DNA of 64,000 nucleotides, from positions 19,716,001 to 19,780,000 of the forward strand of contig OX597834.1 of NCBI GenBank assembly GCA_951406725.2, read 5' to 3'. The DNA comes from Octopus vulgaris (lineage: Eukaryota). Under the pieces are notes generated by a model. That model searched no databases, had not been told where the DNA came from, and saw only the letters and a program-made list of their open reading frames with translations. Made by a program: the position numbers and the translations under genes. Positions 52,294 through 64,000 of the stretch are shown here, one piece after another. Each line of letters opens with the position of its first letter. Position 1 is the stretch's first letter.

Positions 52294-52988
52294 TATATAT
52301 ATATATATTGTAATTGAAAGGGTTTGATTCCCAGAGCCTTTCAGTTCTAATGTATTAAAGTATACTCTACATTTATATTGAGTCCTGTAATTTATCACTT
52401 CTGTTGCTTCAGCAGAGATTTACATATACGTACATATGTATCTATGAAATATGAATGTGCAGCAAGATCCAATTTGGATTCTTTTATTAAAATGAATAAT
52501 CAAATATTTATTGAAAGTTTTAAAATATCTGATGTTTCCCTCTGTTCCCTTCAGTGAAATCCCAGTTCAATAAATCACTCGCATTGGATGGAACTTCTTT
52601 TCATAGTAAAACGTGTGGGCAGAATCCTCTGCTTCATTGATAATCTCATTTTATTCAGTGCAGCATAATGACATAATGTGTTTGTGTAGCAGTTTCGTTT
52701 TTGAAGCATTCCCCTTTATCAGAAATCATAGATAAAACACACAGATACAGTCGCATACATGTATGGACATACACACACACACACATACAAGCATGCACAC
52801 GTGCATGCACACCACAAACACATACATACAAGCACATGTACACCAACACAAGCATGCACACACACATACACAAACACACGTGCACACATACATGCAGATA
52901 TATATCTATATATCATACGGATGTGTCTTTCTGTATGAACGTATATGTGTGTATGTGTGAGTATTATGTATACATATATATATATATC

Positions 52989-53034
<46 letters not shown>

Positions 53035-53072
53035 AATGTATATCTTAAACATACATACACATACATAATAAA

Positions 53073-53107
<35 letters not shown>

Positions 53108-53122
53108 ACATATATATATGTA

Positions 53123-53190
<68 letters not shown>

Positions 53191-53317
53191 TATATATCTT
53201 CCCTCCAATAGAAATCACAGATAAACATACAGACGCATTCACACATGTGTAGATACAAACACACACATATGCGGATATACACATATTACCTATGTGTGTG
53301 TGTGTATATAAGATTTA

Positions 53318-53366
<49 letters not shown>

Positions 53367-53935
53367 GTATATATTGCGCAACATACATTTTCGGAAAAAA
53401 AGAAGACAAGCAGTTTTATTTTGAAAACTATTTTTCCTTAATTGACTTATTTTTATTAATTTCTTCATTCATTTTCCTCTCAACATATTTTATCATTTTA
53501 ATTTCTTCTTCATTTATTGTTTTTATTTTGTATTTTTCTTAGCTTAAAATTTTGCTTTTGTTACTTTTTTTTTTCCTTACCCTTATCCCACCCCTCCACT
53601 GAAAGACAAGAATGTTTTACTCCTCGCCACCCTCAACATCCACCCAGCAAAAAAAACAACAACTTTTGTTTCCTCCATTTTTTCTCTTGCGTATGTTTTC
53701 TTTAGAGATCTAATTAGATCATTCTAGCAATTGGATTCCATCCATTTTAATTATGAAAATCTATAGACCGTATTTCTCAATTTTTAAACTAAACAACACC
53801 TCTCTACCACCATCATCTCCATGGAAAAAATAATTAAGTTGATGTTATATGATGATAATTATTATTATTATCATCATCATTATTATTATTATTGTTGTTA
53901 TAATTATTATTATTATTAGTAGTAGTAGTAGTAGT

Positions 53936-54745
53936 ATGGTGGCAAGCTGGCAGAATCGCTATCATGCCAGGCAAAATGCTTAACGCTATTTCGTCAGCCG
54001 CTACATTTGGAGTTCAAATTCTGCCAAGGTCAAAATTACCTTTCATCCTCTTGGGGTTGCTAAATTAATTACCAGTTGGACACGGGTGGAGGCGGGACCA
54101 TGTAATCAGAGTCCTCTCCCCACAAATCTGAGGCATTGGTGGCTCCAGTAGAAAGGATTATAATAATAATAATAATAATTATTATTATTATTATTATAAG
54201 GGTAGCAGATTGTCAGATTTATTGGAGCAACAGGGAAATGCTTTGTGGTATTTTATACATCTCTATGTTCTGAGTTCAAATTCTGCTGAAGTCAACTTTG
54301 CCTATCATCGTTTTGGGGGTCGATAATACATGAACCAATTGCGCACTGGGGTTGATGTAATTGACTAGCCCCCATCCCCAAAACTCAGACCTTGTGCCTA
54401 TAGTAGATAGGATTATCATTATTATCATTAGTAGTAGTATTAGTATTTAAGGCGTCGAGCTGGCAGAATTGTTAGCATGCCAAGCAAAATGCTCAACAGC
54501 ATTTTGTCCATCTTTAAGTTCTGAGTTCAAATACTGCTGAGGTTGACTTTTCCTTTCATCCTTTTGGGGTCAATAAATTATGTACCAGTGAAACACTGGA
54601 GTAGATGTAATCAACTAGTCCCCTCTCCCAAAATTTCAGGCCGTGTGCCTTTAGTAGAAAGGATTATTATTATAATTATGATAAGGGTAGTCTATCGGCA
54701 GAATCCTTAGAGCATCAGGAAAAATGCTTTGTGGTATTTCGTAGA
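53936..54745 (+). mobile_element. Head-to-tail chain of four SINE B copies
   Basis: Copies at about 53936, 54200, 54448 and 54685, separated by (ATT)n. Confidence 0.8.
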
Positions 54746-55149
54746 TTCTATTATCCTCATCATCATGGTCATTATCATTTTACATCCACTTTCTTTGCTG
54801 GAATTGCTCAGACAGTTTGACAGGATCCAATAAGCCAGAAAACCTTATCTTCCTCCAATGTTTCAGCTCTGGCTTGTTTTCCTGGATATCCTTCCAAACA
54901 GCCATCTCATTACAAAGTAAAACGGACGGACATTTTCATGACATCAGCTCAACAGAGGTTATGTTAAATTGTCTTTCCTTTCAGTAAGACCAAAGAGCCC
55001 TCTCAGCACTGCGTGTCCTCACTTCAGTTTGTCAACCGTTGGAAGTGGTTTTTTTCCATGGCACCAGCATTTGTGCTGTTACCTTGTAATGGGCAAAACT
55101 AAAAGTTATCCTATGACTGAGAGGGAGAATATGAGAACAGATCTACCCA

Positions 55150-55750
55150 ACAGCAACCTCTGTATATTACTGGTATATTCCTTCATCAACCCCAAATTAA
55201 CAAAAAAATGCAACAAACATGATAGGGATATTGGAACGATGGTGATATGTAGCACAACCAATTTGGCTTTTGACTCATTTTGTATAACTACCTCATTGAT
55301 GCTAATAATAGAACAGCAAGATATGAGAGCATGAAATAAATTTAGCAGCCTCAGTATATTACTGGTATATTATTTCCTCAATCCCAAATTGGTGGGGTGG
55401 GGAGACAACAAATACAAATAAAATGAAGCAGTGGGATGGCAAAATGAAGCGCAACCATTTTGACTTTGGACTGACTTTTTGTAACTGCCTCAATGATCTT
55501 TATAATAAAACATCAAAATATGACAATATTGGATGACTTCAGCAACCAGTATATTACTGGTATATGATATTGTCAATCCTAAATTGGCGCAAAAAAAAAT
55601 AAAGGACAACAAACGCAATATAATGTAGCAGAGTAATGGCAATACAAAGCAGAACTGGTCTGGCTTTTGACTGACTTTGTATGACTGTCTCATTGATGTT
55701 AATAATAAAACAGCGAAATATTAGCACATCAAATAAGTTTTACTGGTGTT
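55150..55750. repeat. About 195-bp tandem repeat, three units plus a stub
   Basis: cagcaacc..gtatattactggtatat recurs at about 55151, 55343, 55540; cctca.tgat...taata recurs in each unit. Confidence 0.75.
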
Positions 55751-56208
55751 ATTAATAATTGAAAAATTAGATGGAAAGTTCAGTGGAAAATGGAAGGTAA
55801 GAAAGGAAGAAAAAAAAAAACTGACGGCGGTATCTGATTATTATATCTTAGTGTGGTTCTGTGTAAGAACTGAAATTTAAGCATAAATATATGCCATGTG
55901 AATGCGATGTATACACACTGATGTGGACAGGGACAGACATATACGCATGCCACACATTTACACTCATGTTGGTGTATGCACTTGAACTTGTCTGTTCTTA
56001 AACACAACCATGTAATTAAAAATTAATGCATGAAAAAATATAGAAATGGCCCAAAAAGATACAGAGCACAAATTATGTGTGTGTGTGTCTGTGCATGTGT
56101 GTTTGTGTATGAATGTATATGTGCTTGTTTGCATATATATAAATATATACATGTGCATATGTGTGTGTATATCTATATACACATACATAGATTGATAGAT
56201 ACATGTGC

Positions 56209-56243
<35 letters not shown>

Positions 56244-56438
56244 CACATATGCACATATATACATCTATATATGTATACATCTATATACGTAAGTATATAC
56301 TGTATGTGTGTGTCTGTATATCTATGTATATTTTGATATATACATATATGTATGCATGCGTATATATATATATACACATATACATACATATACATACATA
56401 CATAAATACATATAGATACATACATATATATATATATG

Positions 56439-56489
<51 letters not shown>

Positions 56490-56536
56490 ATTTGGGATTT
56501 GCTTGCGAGAATGTTTAACAAACATACACATGCATA

Positions 56537-57670
56537 TAGTATTCGTAAGACCTGTATCAAAATATATACATATACACGCGCACACACACACACATTAGTG
56601 TGCTGACACACACACGTTACAGATATCATCTCTGCAACACACATGCGCACACTTTTGTTAATAACATTCACAACACACACACACACATGCATATGTGCAT
56701 CACATGGTCCTCGCATCATGATAATATCATTAACACATATCTACACTCTAGACAGCTGAGCACAAACTTCATATACACACATCACACACTGTATACCACT
56801 CATTGTGCAAACACACATAAACACACACACACACCTACAAGATCATATCTAAATCATGCATGACTGACATCCCATATAAATTATCCTCCACACACATAAA
56901 CACACACTCACAAACACACGCATATACATACATATATACACATACATATGCACATAGATACACACACACACATACACATAGTATTTGTAGGACCATAGTA
57001 AAACATATACACATGCACACACACATACACATAGATATACACACATATACACAGATATATACACACACACATGCACGTAGTATTTGTAGGACTCATAGTA
57101 AAACCTATATACATGCACACACACACACACACACACATTTCTAGCAACACCTGAAGTAAAATACACATGCACACAGACATATATACACATATATACACAC
57201 ACACATCATATAGTATTTGTAAGACTTGTATCAAAACACATACAAATGCACTCACACACACACACACACACACACACTATTTGTAACTTTCATAGTAAAT
57301 TGCACACACACACACACACACACATTTGCAGGTATACACACACACATGCACATTCCATTTGCTTGACACTTAGTAAAATGCATACACACATATATACACA
57401 CACACACATATATATATATATACACACACATATTACTGGCACACCTGAAGTAAAATACACATGTACATGTGCACACACACACACACACACACACCATACA
57501 TAGTATTTGTAGGACTCATAACAAAACATACACACACACACATATATACACATACACATACTATTTACAACATTCATAGTAAATTACATGCACACACATT
57601 CATCCATATATATACTCATACACACATTCAATGACTATTTGCAGCACTCACAGAAAAATACACATGTACA
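56537..57670. repeat. Array of about 27-bp cores separated by (CA/TA)n spacers
   Basis: Core like tagtatttgtaggactcatagtaaaac occurs about 12 times with variation. Confidence 0.75.
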
Positions 57671-58060
57671 CACACATGCATATACATAGACATAGGCCAG
57701 AGTAGTTGTTTGAAGTGCTAGAAATAGCAACCAAATCTCCTTCAAACCACATTATACTTAAAAAAGGAAATGCTGGACATTGTGGTTCAAGCTTCCCTAC
57801 ACAAGGAAATGCTGGTACGAGTGTAGGGTAGAAATACCAATGTTTTTAGGTCTGCCTGCCTATGGCTGACCTAGGGCTAAACAACATTAATTAAAAAGAC
57901 ACCATTCATGCACATTGATATTATAAAAGGATACTACAAACACACACACACACACACAGACACACACACACCATGATACATGATATGTTATTAGGTGCAA
58001 ACGTACATATGTGCATTCTGTCTCCTCCACCCACATTCTCTGCATGTTTGTATATATATA

Positions 58061-58094
<34 letters not shown>

Positions 58095-58423
58095 CTTGAA
58101 TATGCCTACATATATATGTATGCATGCATGTATGTGTGTATATATATATCTATATATATATATATATATATGCATGAATAAACTTACACTCTCATGCACA
58201 GATGTTGTTTCTCTCTCTTCCTCAACACACAAAACACTCTCTTTCACTTTCTCTGGCACCATCCAAAAACCAGACATTCAATACACACACACACACACAC
58301 ACACACCCACTCATTTACACACATGAAGAAATGATCAGACAAATTCTTTTGTCTGTTATTATATATTCCCTATTTTCAAAGACAGCTGTGAAAAAATTCT
58401 TACAACGAAAAAGAAATTGTGAA

Positions 58424-58518
<95 letters not shown>

Positions 58519-58669
58519 TAATAATAATGATAATAAAACGGTTCTGTTTTGGTCAAAGGTCAGACATAAATATTTAACCCTGTACAAAGAGATATTGATC
58601 TTTTATCACTGCACAATACACCTTACAGCGTTTCAATAAATCTTTTTCATTAATTTTTACACAGATTGC

Positions 58670-58679
58670 AACCATCGTC

Positions 58680-58710
<31 letters not shown>

Positions 58711-59760
58711 GCAAAAATATCAATGGCAAAACTGCCAACAACAACAGTAGCACTGTAAGCTATACTATAACCAAAACTACTATCACTACCACCATCATCA
58801 CTCTGACCACCACCACCACCACCACCACAACTTCTGGCATCATCATCATCATCACCACCATCATCACAAACACCACCAGCATCACTCCTTCTACTAGATT
58901 TACCACCACTACCATCACCACCAGCATCTCCACCACCATGACCACCACAAACACTACAACCACATCACTACAATCACCACCACCACCACCACCACCACCA
59001 TCACCACCACCACTACCAGCACTACCACCGCTGCCACCATCACCACCATCACTACCACCACTACCACCACTACCTTTACCACCACCACTACCGCCGCCAC
59101 CACCACAACCAGCATCACCACTACCACTACCAGTGCCACCTTTACCACCACCACTACCACTACCAGCGCCACCTTTACCACCACCACTACCAACACCACC
59201 GCCGCCGCCACTACCACCACAACTACCATCACCACCACTACCACCACCACCACTGCCACTACCACCACAACTACCATCACCACCACTACCACCACCACCA
59301 CTGCCACCACCATCATTACCATCACTACCACCACTACCACCACCATCATCACCACCGTTGCCACCACCACAACCACCATCATCCCCACCACCACCATATT
59401 CATGACCACCAAACCACCTCCACCACCATGTTCCTTATTTTATATTCTACAGAAGATGCCAACCCCTCCAATAACTTCACTGTCATCATCACCACCTACA
59501 GCAAGAAATACAATTACCACTGTGACCAATACAGAACCACTACCATTATAACCATCAATGACACCACCCTTATACTACTACCACAATCACAACCAACAAC
59601 ATGATGCTATAAGGCATTACCACCACCACCCACCAAAATCACCACTAACAACATGACCACCACTACTATAAAGCATCACCACCACAACAACAACACCACC
59701 ACAAAAACAACACCACAACAACCAACATTGCCGTCACCACCAGCCCAGCCACCATCATGG
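58670..59760. repeat. (ACC/ACT/CAA)n low-complexity tract
   Basis: Direct observation; source of poly-Pro and poly-Val ORFs. Confidence 0.95.
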
Positions 59761-59904
59761 CCTGTTTCGTTATTCTGTCAAGTTAACAACATTTTGCATC
59801 AGATGGTCATGGGTTGTCTACAGATGTAGGAAAAGAGGTGGGGTGGTCATGGTTGGAATAATTTGATCGCAGTCCTTTCTCAACAGCCCCATCATCACTA
59901 TCTA

Positions 59905-60323
59905 CTAATCCTTTCTATAATAGGCATAAGGCCTGAAATTTGGGGGAGGATTATAGTCGATTACATCGACCCCAGTGCGTAACTGGTACTTATTTAATCG
60001 CACCCCCGAAAGAACGAAAGGCAAAGTCAACCTCGGCAAAATTTGAACTCAGAACGTAGCAATGGGCGAAATACCACTAAGGGTCAACTACTAATGACAT
60101 TAAAATGTGTACATAAGGGCAGTGAGCTGGCTAAATTGTTAACATGCCAGGCAAGATGCTTGGGGAAATTTCAGCTGTCTTTACATTCTGAGTTCAATTT
60201 CTGCCGAGGTCAGCTTTACCTTTTATCCTTTCGGGGTTTGTAGCTGAGTCTTTGGCTTGACGTAATTGACTATCACTCACTCCCCTAAAATTTCCATCCT
60301 TGTACATATGGCAGAAAGGATTA

Positions 60324-60379
<56 letters not shown>

Positions 60380-60515
60380 TTACTCTGCTGAGGTCGACTT
60401 TACCTTTCATCTTTCCAGAGTCAATAAATGAAGTACCAGTTGAGTACTGGGAACGATGTACTCATCTATCTCCCTCCTCCAAATTTCAGGCCTTGTGCCT
60501 ATAGTAAAAAGGATT
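59905..60515. mobile_element. SINE B cluster: one minus copy then two plus copies
   Basis: 59905-60080 (-), 60115-60320 (+), 60385-60515 (+). Confidence 0.75.
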
Positions 60516-60865
60516 ATAATAAGTTACTAGGCTGGCAAAGAATAAGTTTTGGGGCCTATTTGTTCATCTAAAACCTCCTTAAGGCAGTGCTCCAGCATGG
60601 CCACAGCCAAATGACTGAAACAAGTAAAAGAATAAAAGAATTATTATGTTATGTTTTGGTTTTGTTTCGATTTATCTGAGTTGCACCCATATTTCAGACA
60701 GAGACGTTAAGGGTCAACAAGGTTTTACATCTGAAGATGCTAAGAGGTGAGGTACCATGCACTTGAAAACTCTGATGTCTGTGGGAGGAGAAGGAAAGAA
60801 AAACACAGAGCATGAGTAAGTCTGCATTTACATGGAGTGGAATTTCTTTAGAATACATGAATATA

Positions 60866-61290
60866 GGTGCAGGAGTGGCTGTGTGGTAAGTAGCTTGTTT
60901 ACCAACCATATGGTTCCGGGTTCAGTCCCACTGCGTGGCACCTTGGGCAAGTGTCTTCTACTATAGCCTCGGGCCAACCAAAGCCTTGTGAGTGGATTTG
61001 GTAGACGGAAACTGAAAGAAGCCTAGCGTATATATGTATATATATATATATGTATGTGTGTGTATATGTTTGTATGTCTGTGTTTGTCTCCACAACATTA
61101 CTTCACAACCAATACTGGTGTGTTAACGTCCCAGTAATTTAGCAGTTCTGCAAAAGAGACCGATAGAATAAGTACTAGGCTTACAAAGAATAAGTCCTGG
61201 GGTCGATTTGCTCGACTAAAGGTGGTGCTCCAGCATGGCCGCAGTCAAATGACTGAAACAAGTAAGAGAGAGTAAAAGAGAGTAAAGCGT
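60866..61290 (+). mobile_element. SINE A full-length
   Basis: Colinear with other A copies. Confidence 0.92.
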
Positions 61291-61686
61291 ATACATATAT
61301 ACACATACGTGCATAAATAATTTAAATGTCAATAAGTCAGCCACAACAGCCAGATATTATATTTGTTGGCATGTAATAATATTGTTCGACTGTGGAAGAA
61401 TCTTCACAGCCTGGTGTCCAAGTTTGCAGTCTTGTAGTTCTGTTGAGTTCTTCACCTGAGCACGTGGTATTTGAAGCGTCAAAAATTATTAGCAATAGGT
61501 GTGACAAGGTGAAGGCAGGTGATATATCATGAGGATAAAGATAAGATAGTCTATGGAATTGGTAAGTTAGTTAGAAATGGTGTTTGAGTTGGCTAGAATC
61601 TGGTTGGAATTAAACAGAAGTAGTGATATATAGAAATGTGTGTTTGTATATATATATATATATTTGTGTGTGTGTGTATATGTATA

Positions 61687-61717
<31 letters not shown>

Positions 61718-62281
61718 GTGAGTGTGTATGTGTGTGTGTTTATAAACCTAATCTTGTATTGTAAGTTGATGGTGTATGTGTGTGTGTATGTGTGTGCATG
61801 TGTATATATATATCTAGAAACATGTTATATGCCTTTATAAATGTGCATATATGTTTGTGTGTATATAGATATATATATATATATATTTCTGGTGCAGCCT
61901 CTTGACTTCCCAGACCCCAGTCGAACCGTCCAACCCATGCCAGCATGGAAAACAGACGCTAAACGATGATGATGATGATGATTTCATCAACACATACATA
62001 TAAAGATACATAAATATACATATATACATATTGGCTGAGTAGCTAGTGTAAGAGAAGATGGCTTGGCAATTTTTGTATTCATTTCCTCTGTTAGGTTTTG
62101 AGTTCAGATCCTATCCAGTCAAACTTTATCTTACACCTTTTCATGAAAATATATATACTAGTTTACGAATACTGTGCTAAATTAAATTTTCTCCAACATA
62201 TGTATTCCTCACTCAAAGAATGCCCGTCTGTCGTAGAATTACTCCTTTTAGCCTTCTCAGTAGACTGGAGCAACGTGAAAT

Positions 62282-62690
62282 ACTCTTTACTCTTTTACTT
62301 GTTTCAGTCACTTGACTGTAGCCATGCTGGAGCACCGCCTTTAGTCGAGCAAATCGACCCCAGGACTTATTCTTTATAAGCTTAGTATTTATTCCATCGG
62401 TCTCTATTGCCAAACCGCTAAGTGACGGGGACGTAAACACACCCGCATCGGTTGTCAAGTGATGTTGGGTGGACAAACACAGACACACAAACATATACAT
62501 ACACACACACACACATATATACACTTACGACAGGCTTCTTTCAGTTTTTGTCTACCAAATCCACTCACAAGGCTTTGGTCGGCCCAAGACTATAGTAGAA
62601 GACACTTGCCCAAGGTGCCACGCAGTGGGACTGAACCCGGAACCGTGTGGTTGGTAAGCAAGCTACTTACCACACAGCCACTCCTGCGCC
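62282..62690 (-). mobile_element. SINE A full-length, nested in another tRNA SINE (about 62255-62805)
   Basis: Short direct repeat tgaaat on both sides; flanks join into tggagcaacgtgaaatgaagtgttttgctcaagaacac. Confidence 0.9.
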
Positions 62691-63310
62691 TGAAATGAAG
62701 TGTTTTGCTCAAGAACACAATGCATTGCTTGGCCTAGGGATTGAAACCATGATCTTACAATCAGATGTCCAACACCCTAACCACTAAGCCATGTGCCTCC
62801 ACTTTCGAATGAAATTACTGTTCGTATATTATTAAGTTTACAAGAAACTAAACTATTGTTTAATTATCCCTTTATGACTCTTCCATCCATACTGATTAGT
62901 TTTCATGTTATTTAATTGTTATTAATTGCTGGATAACAATTAAACTTTATGTATTAATTAATGGCTTAAGTTGTGATAGAAGAGAGAAATTTAACTTTGA
63001 ATACTTTAAAACAGACAGATGGCTGGTTGTAACATAGTCATATAAATGGTTTTAAATGAGTTGATGTCAAAAACATTCAGAAATAAATTTATTAATGTCA
63101 TGGCTTTGCTGTTTTATTTAGCAGCTCTAATATTGGAAGTTCCTGATATAGATTTCCCTCGAATAAATAATACTAGATTCTGGCTTCTTCTTCCTTCCTT
63201 AACTTGGCTGCAAACCTCAGCTACAGTGGAAGGAGATATGGAACTGGATAAACTGTTTATTTGTACTTATCAAGAAATTTAATGATGATATATATATATA
63301 TATATATATA

Positions 63311-63682
63311 GCTGACCAGAAAAGAATTAATGCATTCGACCTTTGGTGTTGGAGAAGATTTTTACGGATTCCATGGACAGCAAAGCTCACCAATGGAGAA
63401 GTTCTTAAGCAGATTAGGTCGAAAATGTCGCTAGAAGCTAGGATCACCAAGCATAGATTGGCATATTTCGGTCATATTATGTGGAGAAAATCCCTGGAGA
63501 AGGACATCATGCTCGGAATGGTCAGTAGCAAGAGAGGAAGAGGCCGACCAAGAACCTGCTGGCTTGACAGCATCAAGAGTGATACTGGAATGGATATAGC
63601 CAATCTGAAGGAAGCGGCTCAGGATAGAACTGACTGGAGGACACTTATCCAACGAGTAACCGAGAGTCGACTTCGACTGAGC
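63311..63682 (+). pseudogene. RTE (BovB-like) LINE ORF 3' end, 5'-truncated
   Basis: Open frame ADQKRINAFDLWCWRRFLRIPWTAKLTNGEVL...LAYFGHIM...RGRGRPRTCWLDSIK...AQDRTDWR; sits within (TA)n. Confidence 0.9.
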
Positions 63683-63839
63683 ATATATATATATATATAT
63701 CATCATTAAATTGAACTCTGTAAACTTGAACTCCGTAAAGACAGATGAATAAGCATTTCACCTGGTATGCTAATGTTTCTGCCAGCTTGCTTCCTTACAA
63801 TAACAATAATATTATACATATCTCTATGTGATATGTGAA

Positions 63840-64000
63840 TGAGAATGCATGGTCTAGTGGTTAGGGTGTTGCCCCCATGATTGTGAGATCATGGTTTCAA
63901 TACTTTGATCGGGTGGTGCATTGGATTTTTGAGCAAAACACTTCATCTCATGTAGTTCCATGAACACTTCAATACCTGATGTGTGGTACACTGTGCACCT
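63840..64000 (+). mobile_element. tRNA-derived SINE 5' part
   Basis: tggtctagtggttagggtg A box, degenerate B box, ttgagcaaaacacttcat. Confidence 0.65.

Noticed and set aside
56537-57670. CRISPR array interpretation
   Set aside because: Spacers are (CA/TA)n, cores are degenerate, and the context is eukaryotic.
529-59412. Long ORFs rich in MYVC, YI, HT, poly-I/N/T/P/V/E
   Set aside because: Translations of microsatellites; no domain content or splice context.
60698-60746. Candidate 49-nt exon (tttcag / gtgagg)
   Set aside because: Splice-like signals occur often by chance; no recognisable peptide or partner exons.

Overview
AT-rich, microsatellite-saturated animal DNA with no convincing host protein-coding exon; it reads as a large intron or intergenic region. 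The repeat families (tRNA-derived SINEs with CORE-like and Nin-like domains, RTE and R4/Dong LINE ends, TTAA-flanked MITEs) suggest an octopod cephalopod genome (inference). There is a 100-N assembly gap at 38035-38134. Nearly all listed ORFs are translations of simple repeats or SINEs; the only real coding signal is in retrotransposon fragments. The main observation is that at least four unrelated short repeat families, each next to (TA)n tracts, carry type I hammerhead-ribozyme folds with a tiny palindromic helix III, the architecture known from Penelope-like elements. Two of these families have an unusually long (57-59 nt) helix II, and several copies are folded back into near-perfect palindromes. 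Other notable items: a 63-bp tandem array of a compact pseudoknot-like motif in a probable LINE 3' UTR, a 68-nt hairpin created inside a SINE, a core-plus-(CA)n-spacer array, an intact non-autonomous Helitron, and (TAA)n-embedded R4/Dong fragments. Family letters (A-I) are my own labels; all folds were derived by eye and none is shown to be active.
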